From Gemmatales bacterium (GTDB lineage: Bacteria; Planctomycetota; Planctomycetia; Gemmatales; HRBIN36), in contig JBEPZY010000013.1 in NCBI GenBank assembly GCA_041640595.1, forward strand, positions 1 through 26,145: a DNA stretch of 26,145 nt, read 5' to 3'. Shown here in pieces: positions 19,377 to 26,145 of this stretch (its first letter is position 1; each line of letters begins with the position of its first letter). The notes below the pieces were generated by a model. The model searched no databases, was not told where the DNA came from, and saw only the letters and a program-made list of their open reading frames with translations. The position numbers and the translations under genes were made by a program.

Positions 19377-19405
19377 ATTCTAGCACGAGATCGGCTTGTT
19401 GTCAA
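19377..19405 (-). promoter_or_regulatory. Promoter upstream of the 19141 gene (about 230-nt leader)
   Basis: TTGACA-17-TAGAAT with TG extension. Confidence 0.6.
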
Positions 19406-19471
19406 GCCCCCCTGAAAGAGGCTTCCCTAGCGTATTTTCTGATCAATGGCCACTTCGAGGGCCACTTCGAG

Positions 19472-19677
19472 CTGTCAGTGTCCGAGTATCGCGATTTTGA
19501 GCGCTTGCCACCGGCTGAGTCTCGGTCCCTGTCCCGCGGACGCCGGGGCCGGGAGCGCGGGGATTCGGGCGAGAGTCTCGTCGAGTTTAGCCCTTAGCCA
19601 CGCGTTCTCGCCCTTCAAGTATTCTATTTGCTCTTTCAGGGTGTGGATGAGGGCTTGCTCATCCCCTTGCTCGCGGC
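19472..19677 (-). repeat. 206-bp inverted repeat; partner spans the junction (25994-26019 plus 1-180)
   Basis: Reverse complement matches apart from three substitutions and a CAAGCC/CCAAGC change. Confidence 0.95.
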
Positions 19678-19951
19678 TCGCGCTGCTCTGCAGGGGGTCA
19701 GAGGAGCTTCCATTCGGGGATGGGTTTAGGTCTGCGGCAAGCTGTGAGCAAAGCTCTTGCAGACGAATACCCTGAGCACGTAAGTCCTTGGCGCGTTCTA
19801 AGAGTCCGATAGCTTGAGGATTTATCAGCCATTCCCCGTGCGATCCGTAGCCTTGCATACCGTTGAGCAAGGGCTTGCAAGCATAGAGCAAGCGCCTCGC
19901 TTGCCACTCGGATAGTCCTAACCTGGCCGCTATTTCCTTGACGCTCAGCAT
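19475..19951 (-). CDS. HTH + coiled coil + amphipathic tail (Par/RacA-like 2)
   Basis: MLSVKEIAARLGLSEWQARRLL; LKEQIEYLKGENAWLRAKL; tail RLSRWQALKIAILGH. Confidence 0.7.
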   Translation of the reverse strand: MLSVKEIAARLGLSEWQARRLLYACKPLLNGMQGYGSHGEWLINPQAIGLLERAKDLRAQGIRLQELCSQLAADLNPSPNGSSSDPLQSSASREQGDEQALIHTLKEQIEYLKGENAWLRAKLDETLARIPALPAPASAGQGPRLSRWQALKIAILGH

Positions 19952-20033
19952 AGCAAGAGCGTAGCGGTTCAGGGTTTAGCTTGTCGCCGACGTCGGTCTG
20001 GGAGGGTAGGGAAATTGGGGACCTCTCTCGGCA

Positions 20034-20051
20034 ACGTGAACCGGTTCACGT
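20034..20051. repeat. Perfect 18-bp palindrome ACGTGAACCGGTTCACGT
   Basis: Read directly from the sequence. Confidence 0.9.
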
Positions 20052-20168
20052 CTTCACGCGCGCGCGAGGACAGGTCCATAACGAGAGGGGGTTTCACAAG
20101 AGCTATGCCGGTTGGGAAGGGCGATGGCGGTGATGGTGCTGGGGTGTCGGGGACCCGACAAAGAAGAC

Positions 20169-20196
20169 CAGTGAAGCTGGTTCACTGAATACCCCC
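20169..20196 (+). repeat. Left inverted repeat of the sigma cassette
   Basis: CAGTGAAGCTGGTTCACTGAATACCCCC versus reverse complement of 21687-21713, CAGTGAACCGGTTCACTGAATACCCCC. Confidence 0.85.
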
Positions 20197-20351
20197 CTTG
20201 ACTGAGATAACCCTATGAGACTCAAAATCCCGGACATTTCAACAACGATGGTCTACGTCCATATGGCAGGCACAGCACTCAGAGAAGCGCACGCCAAGGC
20301 CAGCCCCGTGGATAGGTTGCTGGGGGGATAGACTAGAAGCTTATGAGTTGA

Positions 20352-21299
20352 TCAATATATACTTTTGCTTTCGTACTTCAACCATAGATCACGCAGTTGC
20401 TCATATCTCCCCCACCGCCACCATGCTCCTTGCAACTTCTCTATCCCCTTGATCTCGATCTGGCGTACCCTCTCTCTGGTGATGTTGAAGACGCGCGCCA
20501 CGTCCTTGAGCGTGCGCTGGTGGTCATCTTCGAGACCATAGCGTAGTCTAAGAATCTCTTTCTCACGACTGCTTAACTGATTGAGCACCCGATGGAGTTC
20601 TTGAGACAAGGCTGCGCTAGCTAACTCTGCAGCCAGTGAAGGTGCCTGTTCATCTTCTATCAAGTCCTCGAGCACCTCTTCGTCATTATCATTGTCAATC
20701 AGCTCTTCTAAGGATCTGGGAGGCAACCAATTCTGCTCAAGTAGCGCAATACGCTTGAGCCAAGCGATCTCCTTTTTATCTATGCCCAAGGCATCTGCAA
20801 GTTCTTTAGCTTTGGGCTCTCTGTGATATTGTTGAATATACTGTTCCCTGAATCGTTGCAGTTTACGAACAGAGACCCTTTTAGGAATACGAACTAACTG
20901 GGATTGTTCAGCAATGGCGCGCTGGATTGCTCGATGGATCAACAACCTTGCATACGTGCTGAATCTAGCGCCCCGTGTGTAAGCGAAAGTCTGTGCTGCA
21001 CAGATCAACCCTAGGCTCCCCTCTTGAATCAGATCCATCAGCGAGAGCCCTTGATATTTATACTTATACTTCACAGCGATTGATGCAACTAACCTCAGAT
21101 TTGACTCGACTAGAGCATTTCTAACCTCCTTATACCCCATCGCTGCGAGGGCAGCCATCAAATCTTCTTCTTCTTTTGAGAGCAAGGGGAACTTGCTTAT
21201 CTCTTGGAAATAAACTGAAGCTTGAAGGGTGTCATAGCACGCTTGTTTATCAATATCCCAATCTAATCTGTTGAGATCATCGTTCAAGTTTCGATTCAT
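20352..21299 (-). CDS. Divergent RpoD/SigA-like sigma70 factor (regions 1.2, 2, 3, 4)
   Basis: YFQEISKFPLLSKEEE, NLRLVASIA, DLIQEG, FSTYA, TRERVRQIE; likely start ATG 21299 (frame is open to 21434). Confidence 0.9.
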   Translation of the reverse strand: MNRNLNDDLNRLDWDIDKQACYDTLQASVYFQEISKFPLLSKEEEDLMAALAAMGYKEVRNALVESNLRLVASIAVKYKYKYQGLSLMDLIQEGSLGLICAAQTFAYTRGARFSTYARLLIHRAIQRAIAEQSQLVRIPKRVSVRKLQRFREQYIQQYHREPKAKELADALGIDKKEIAWLKRIALLEQNWLPPRSLEELIDNDNDEEVLEDLIEDEQAPSLAAELASAALSQELHRVLNQLSSREKEILRLRYGLEDDHQRTLKDVARVFNITRERVRQIEIKGIEKLQGAWWRWGRYEQLRDLWLKYESKSIY

Positions 21300-21686
21300 A
21301 ACTGCCCCTAGCTTGTTTGCTTCAAGGTTCCATACTCCATGCTGCAATCTAGGTTGCTTTGAAGCGGTTTTGGCCGAGACGAGAATTCGGGCTTGAATAC
21401 CCCACCCTTGGGCGGGGAGCTTCACTAGGCCCAACTATGTTAAGCAACTAAACTAAGGCGAGGCAAGTGTAGGGAAAACCTTGAAAATCCCTGCAGCTAT
21501 CCGCCTGCTCGCGCCGATGCTCGTACTTCGGCACCGTTTAACCAAGGGGCGAAGAAGCGGCTCAAACTGGATGCCCTCAGAAGGTGAACCTGAGTAGCAC
21601 TTACAAATTGGGCCTTGCGTAATTGTCGGGGGGCCTCGGCGTCTACCCTTTAGGGTGGGCGGCGGGGGTGGTGGTGGGTACGCGGT

Positions 21687-21714
21687 GGGGGTATTCAGTG
21701 AACCGGTTCACTGA
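21687..21714 (-). repeat. Right inverted repeat of the sigma cassette, containing the 20-bp palindrome TCAGTGAACCGGTTCACTGA
   Basis: Read directly from the sequence. Confidence 0.85.
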
Positions 21715-22115
21715 CGGAAGCCCCCACACCCAGGCCTGATCTGTGGTTAATGCTCGTGTGTCTTACCCCATAGACCCAAGGGGGGCTTAGGAGCTCCCCC
21801 CACTCTCATCATCAATCCAGCTCTCGATGACCTTCTCGCGCTTGCAGTCCACCGCCGTGACGACGTTGGATCCGTCGGTGTATTTGAGTAAGAGCGCGAC
21901 GTTGTGGCCCTTGTGAGCGGAGAAGGCTTCGAGGGCCTCGTCCACGTCTTTGACGTGAGCGACGACGACCGGGAGCCCCGCGATCTTGACTTGAGCGAAG
22001 GCCGGGATGTAAACTTGGGTGCCGTCTCTTGGGCCCTGGGCGATCCTCTGGATCAGGCGCTCAGGGCCGCTTCTTCCGTCCGCTTCTCGATGGTTGTTTG
22101 GATCATTGATCTCAT
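21695..22115 (-). pseudogene. Hypothetical gene with a -1 frameshift near 22062
   Basis: MRSMIQTTIEKRTEEAAL continues in another frame as ERLIQRIAQGPRDGTQVYIPAFAQVKIAGLPVVVAHVKDVDEALEAF; a perfect promoter sits directly upstream. Confidence 0.6.
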
Positions 22116-22124
22116 CTTGGCTAT

Positions 22125-22153
22125 ATTATAGCACGTATCGCACTATGTGTCAA
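22125..22153 (-). promoter_or_regulatory. Consensus sigma70 promoter
   Basis: TTGACA-17-TATAAT, 9 nt before ATG 22115. Confidence 0.75.
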
Positions 22154-22306
22154 GGGGGAGCCTGCTCTTTTTCTCGATTAATTGCGTGAAGACATTCGCC
22201 TGTTTTGCTCTTCAAGACGCTATTTGATTTTAGGGGCATTCGTCACCTTTTTCTCGACTTGACAACGATCCCGATAATGATATAATACCTGCTATGGTGA
22301 TCGGTA

Positions 22307-22555
22307 ATGTATCTCGCGAAGGGGTTCACAAGGCGTGCCAACGGAGACAAATGGATTTATTGGATGCTCAAAGAGAGCGAGTGGAACAAAGACGAGAAGC
22401 GTCCGGTCCAAAGATACCTGGCATACATCGGACCAAGGCCGGAACTCACGCTGGCCAAGGCGAAGCGGATCGCGGAGAAGCTAGGCAAAAGCCTTGAGGA
22501 GCTGCGCAAGGTGCGGGGGCTGAAGATCCTCGATGAAAGTGATGATGCGCGATAG
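22307..22555 (+). CDS. Small protein resembling the IS1634 transposase N-terminal domain plus helical tail (paralog A)
   Basis: MYLAKG...IYWMLKESEWNKDEKRPVQRYLAYIG; promoter TTGACA-16-TATAAT at 22259-22286. Confidence 0.75.
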   Translation: MYLAKGFTRRANGDKWIYWMLKESEWNKDEKRPVQRYLAYIGPRPELTLAKAKRIAEKLGKSLEELRKVRGLKILDESDDAR

Positions 22556-22658
22556 ACGGCTTTTGACCAGACCCCAAGTCCCTATAAAGCTCTCCCCATC
22601 GGCATTTTTTCTCATCACTCGCCTTGACGGAGTTTCACATCACTGCTATACTGGAACC

Positions 22659-22889
22659 ATGTATATTACCAGAATAGCTATTCAGCGAAGAAGCGGCAAG
22701 CAGTGGTCTTACCAGGTTCTACATGAGAACGCATGGGATAGGCAGAGAAAAAGGCCTATCCAACGCTATCTAGGGTACATTGGGACGAATCCAGAGATCA
22801 CTCTTGAGAAAGCGAAGGCGCTGGCGAGGTGCTTACATGTGGATCTCGACGACCTACGGAAGGTGAGGGGGTTGATGATTAGAGAATGA
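22659..22889 (+). CDS. Paralog B of the same family, leaderless
   Basis: MYITRIAIQRRSGKQWSYQVLHENAWDRQRKRPIQRYLGYIG; TTGACG-17-TATACT at 22624-22652, 6 nt before ATG. Confidence 0.75.
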   Translation: MYITRIAIQRRSGKQWSYQVLHENAWDRQRKRPIQRYLGYIGTNPEITLEKAKALARCLHVDLDDLRKVRGLMIRE

Positions 22890-22894
22890 AGCTC

Positions 22895-22978
22895 AAAAGC
22901 AGAGACCCCACGCTGTTGCCGCAGCGTGGGGTAGTTCCAACAGCCAAGGAAAGCTCCTCCTTTTTGGGGCCTCCTTGT
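22895..22978 (-). ncRNA. Putative antisense sRNA (about 80 nt) upstream of Rep-like 2
   Basis: Minus-strand TTGACT-18-TATAAT (22985-23014), then an 11-bp perfect stem ACCCCACGCTG/CAGCGTGGGGT (22905-22932) and CTCTGCTTTT. Confidence 0.5.
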
Positions 22979-23138
22979 GCATTTATTATAGCCCATTTTT
23001 ATGCCCCTAGTCAAGAGGCCTTTCCCCCCACCCTGATGACCAGATCGAAGCCGGGAGCTGCGAGATCATGTTTCAATACCACACTGGTCCAATGGAGCAG
23101 CGGCCCTGCCGGAGGAGGGCAGCTCGGAGGGAGATCCA

Positions 23139-24216
23139 ATGGACAGAAAGAGCAAGAACGGGTGGACTAAAATCCCCGCGGCCATTCTGGACTGCTCAGG
23201 CTTATCTTGGAAGGGGGAGTGGGTCTGGATCGTCCTGGCGTGGCACACCCGACCCGACCGGCCTGCCTGTTGGCCATCCCTTCAGACGCTCTCCCAGTGG
23301 GCTGGCCTGAGCGAGTGGGCTGTAAGACAGGGCTTGGAGGAACTGGAGAGGGCTAGGCTGTTAGTTATTGAGTCCTCAAGCTACAGAAGTAAGTTCTACA
23401 GGCCTCTCATACCCCCAGGACGTTGGATCGCTATTCCGAACACCCTCCTGGCAGATGAAGTCCTCAGTGTGGAAGACAAGCTCGTTTATATTCACCTCTT
23501 CAAAGACCTCCCTCGGCGTAAGAGGCTGGTCTCTAGAAGGCAGACAGAACTGGCCGAGGAGATGAGCCGCCTTATCCCTGGATTCACCCGCAGGCGGGTC
23601 CAGCTCGCCCTGGAGCGGTTAGAGGACTCTCACTACATCACCAGCACTTGGGGAGACCGCCGTAAACCCAAGGGCTACTCTCCCTGCCCCTTCCTGGGCG
23701 AGCCCCCTCAGCTTGTGGGTGATGATGTGCAACAAGCTGTGCCAGATCAGAACGGCAAAAACCCTGCGTCTAGACCCCATCTCTCACACGATCCACCCCC
23801 TCGCTCACACGCTGTTGCACCTCGATCTGATGCGGATTTTCACCACAAAATCGAGGGGGCTGTGTGCAACAGCGTGCAACAAGATATTGCAGATCAGAAC
23901 TGTGAAATCCCTGCGTCTGGCCCCCCTCTCTCACAACTAAGAAGTTCTTAAGGGGGAGACTGCTTCTTCTTCGCTGCCTGAGAGAAAAAAAATAGAAAAG
24001 ATAAGCTCTTCTGATGATCTTGCTCAAAACGGTCGCGATTTTCAAAATGACAGCTCTCATTCGAGTGAGTATCGCTTTCGCACGATTATCCGCTGGGCTC
24101 AAAAGAGGGGGTGGATCGAGATCAGAGACCCCTTTACCGGTGAATGGCATCAAGTGAAAGCATCAGATTGCCCCGAATGGGTTGTTCGAGAAGCTTCTTG
24201 CTATAAATCTGGCTAG
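23139..24216 (+). CDS. Tandem winged-HTH (HTH_36-like) replication-initiator-like protein (Rep-like 2), +1 frameshift near 23940
   Basis: WTKIP...CWPSLQTLSQWAGLSEWAVRQGLEELE; second unit WIAIPN...RRVQLALERLE; continues in the +1 frame as EVLKGET...WIEIRDPFTGEWHQVKASDCPEWV; span 1078 = 3n+1. Confidence 0.7.
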
Positions 24217-24346
24217 AAACCCCCTTAGGGGATAAAGCTAGCAACGGCCTTAATAGACCCCTAGCGGGGCTATGAGAACGCGATGAGAATGAAAGGCGGG
24301 CCTCTTGATTCTCGTACGCCGCCGCGCTAGACTGTCAGACAGGAAA

Positions 24347-24820
24347 TCATCCCCCTGCAAGGTAATCATCCAAGACCAAGATCGCGATCCCTTCGCCCTC
24401 CACCCTCTTCAGCCCTTCATCGTTCGTCAGGAAGGCCTTAGCCCCCTCCCTTAAGGCCGTGCCGAGCAGGAGGGCATCCGGGGTGCGAAGCCCGTATGCT
24501 CCCCTCAGGCGGGCAGCCTCCTTGGCGATCTCATAGTCCGGAGCCACGATGGTCGTGTGAGGCACCCCCTGGAGGAACCGTTCACAGGCCAGGACCTGCT
24601 CTTCCTTACCCAAGGCCAACGGCTTCACCAGGAGCTCGGTAACGGAGATCGTCGAGATCACACCACTGAACTCTCCCCTCGCTAGGAGGGAGAAGACGAG
24701 CTCTGTAAGCTTCGCATAGGGCATGAGGCCCTCGAGGTGGTAGATCAGGATGGAGCTGTCCAGCACCACCTTCCCATGCTGGACGAGCTCAGCGGCTAAT
24801 CTCTGGCCTTCTCGGCCCAC
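24347..24820 (-). CDS. vapC: VapC/PIN-domain toxin
   Basis: VLDSSILIYHLE...ISVTELLV...LRTPDALL...FLTND. Confidence 0.92.
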   Translation of the reverse strand: MGREGQRLAAELVQHGKVVLDSSILIYHLEGLMPYAKLTELVFSLLARGEFSGVISTISVTELLVKPLALGKEEQVLACERFLQGVPHTTIVAPDYEIAKEAARLRGAYGLRTPDALLLGTALREGAKAFLTNDEGLKRVEGEGIAILVLDDYLAGG

Positions 24821-25056
24821 GATGCCCTCTCCCCTTGGAGGTATAGCTTGATCTCCTCCCTTGTCCGGCCAAAGGTTCCTTTGAGCATCCCCCTGGTGGA
24901 GGAGGCATACTTCTCCGGGGTGAGGAGAACGGCCCGCCCCTCTTCCACAGTGATGATCAAGGGATCGCCCTCCTTGAGGCCGATGGCCCCACGGATCTCC
25001 TTCGGTAGGACCATCTGACCCTTCCTCCCAAGTTTGACTACCCTCGCTATGGTCAT
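24796..25056 (-). CDS. vapB: AbrB/MazE-fold antitoxin
   Basis: KLGRKGQMVLPKEIRGAIGLKEGD. Confidence 0.9.
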   Translation of the reverse strand: MTIARVVKLGRKGQMVLPKEIRGAIGLKEGDPLIITVEEGRAVLLTPEKYASSTRGMLKGTFGRTREEIKLYLQGERASWAEKARD

Positions 25057-25180
25057 CCTATATCACCTTGGTTTGATTATACAAGAAAAGTCTGTATCCC
25101 TGCAATCATTCAGACTAAGGCTAGGATTGTGAAGACTCAGCTTCAAATAACACCTTTCAAAAAGCTTCACTATTGAGGAG

Positions 25181-25378
25181 ATGCAGACCACAACGGCACA
25201 AAACGACTACTACCGCAAAGTCTTAGTGATCTCTGCTTCAAGTATGACTACACTTTGACCCCCGAGGACTGGCGGATCCTCGACGAAGCCCGCCTCGATG
25301 AAGAGGGCCTCAGCTACCAGGAGCTGCGCCAGCGGCTGGTGGATCTTTACCGCCGGATCAAGCGGGCATGCACTTAAT
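25181..25378 (+). pseudogene. Small hypothetical gene, frameshifted near 25222, homolog of 1112-1240
   Basis: MQTTTAQNDYYRKV continues in another frame as LSDLCFKYDYTLTPEDWRILDEARLDEEGLSYQELRQRLVDLYRRIKRACT. Confidence 0.6.
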
Positions 25379-26019
25379 ATATTATACCTAATTCACGCGC
25401 AAATGGACACCCCAAATACCAGTTTCTGTTGCCTGAAACGAACGGCCATTTATGCAAATCTATCAGATATCTCAAGCTGCTGCCTGCCCATATTTGTGGG
25501 CTTGTTTCAGAACATTGTCAAGACACACCCCCCTACCCTCAACCCTATAATCGCGACCGCAGGCGTCTGGGCCAGCGGATCTCCCTGACCTCGAAGATCT
25601 TAGCGAGGGGGCGGCTAAGACTTAGAGTCGGATTTTTGTGAAACCCCTTGATGCTCCTGCGCCGGCGCGCTAGACTCCCTATCGGGTGAAGGCCTCGCTG
25701 ATCTCTTCAGGTGGCCGGTGAGTAATCTCATACGGGGCCTTTCGGAATGATCGAGAGGATCGTCAAAAAGAGCCTAGGATGACACTCCACTTCCTTGGGA
25801 ATGATTGGCCCCCTATCCTTCGGGTGGGTGGAGGGAGCACCGCAGTGGGGGCTCACACGTTGCCAACCTGAGTGGGCATAATCGAGATCTCCTTGCGTAA
25901 TTGGTAAGGGGGCTGCCCCAGCAATGGCAAAAGAGGCCGCAGCGATCTTGTCCCTTGCTCGGCCGTCAGTCGCGATAGCCTTCCAATCGCACCGCCGCGA
26001 GCAAGGGGATGAGCCAAGC

Positions 26020-26145
26020 CTCATCCACACCCTCAAAGAGCAGATAGAATACTTGAAGGGCGAGAACGCGTGGCTAAGGGCTAAACTCGACGAGACTCTC
26101 GCCCGAATCCCCGCGCTCCCGGCCCCGGCGTCCGCGGGACAGGGA
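26020..26145. repeat. Terminal direct repeat (right copy)
   Basis: Identical to 1-126. Confidence 0.95.

Noticed and set aside
25298..26036. ORFs 25298-25588, 25429-25641 and 25728-26036
   Set aside because: No recognisable motifs; they overlap the frameshifted gene and the duplicated segment
1..26145. CRISPR array, tRNA, rRNA, integron attC array or phage structural genes
   Set aside because: No regularly spaced repeats, cloverleaf, attC pattern, tyrosine integrase, capsid or terminase motifs were seen

Overview
The window looks like a complete circular plasmid-like element of about 26,019 bp: bases 1-126 repeat exactly at 26020-26145. I see no relaxase, type IV secretion, capsid or ParA ATPase genes. 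It has two separate replication-like modules, each with a winged-helix Rep-like gene preceded by a candidate antisense small RNA. Three proteins pair a DNA-binding region with a C-terminal amphipathic tail. It also carries three toxin-antitoxin loci, a serine resolvase, an ABC-2 exporter, two IS remnants and a 6.5-kb secreted/surface-protein cluster (DUF4384, PKD, Asp-box, M12-type metalloprotease, CARDB plus IPTL-CTERM). The most unusual element is an RpoD-like sigma factor that has lost its promoter-melting residues (WW to LL). It sits between 27-28-bp inverted repeats built on a recurring GTGAACCGGTTCAC palindrome. Other unusual items are a family of small proteins resembling the IS1634 transposase N-terminus and a DUF6788 plus Rad52-like operon whose operator half-site recurs at the rep gene. 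At least five single-base frameshifts fall in homopolymers and may be sequencing errors. All family assignments come from motif recognition by eye, not database searches.
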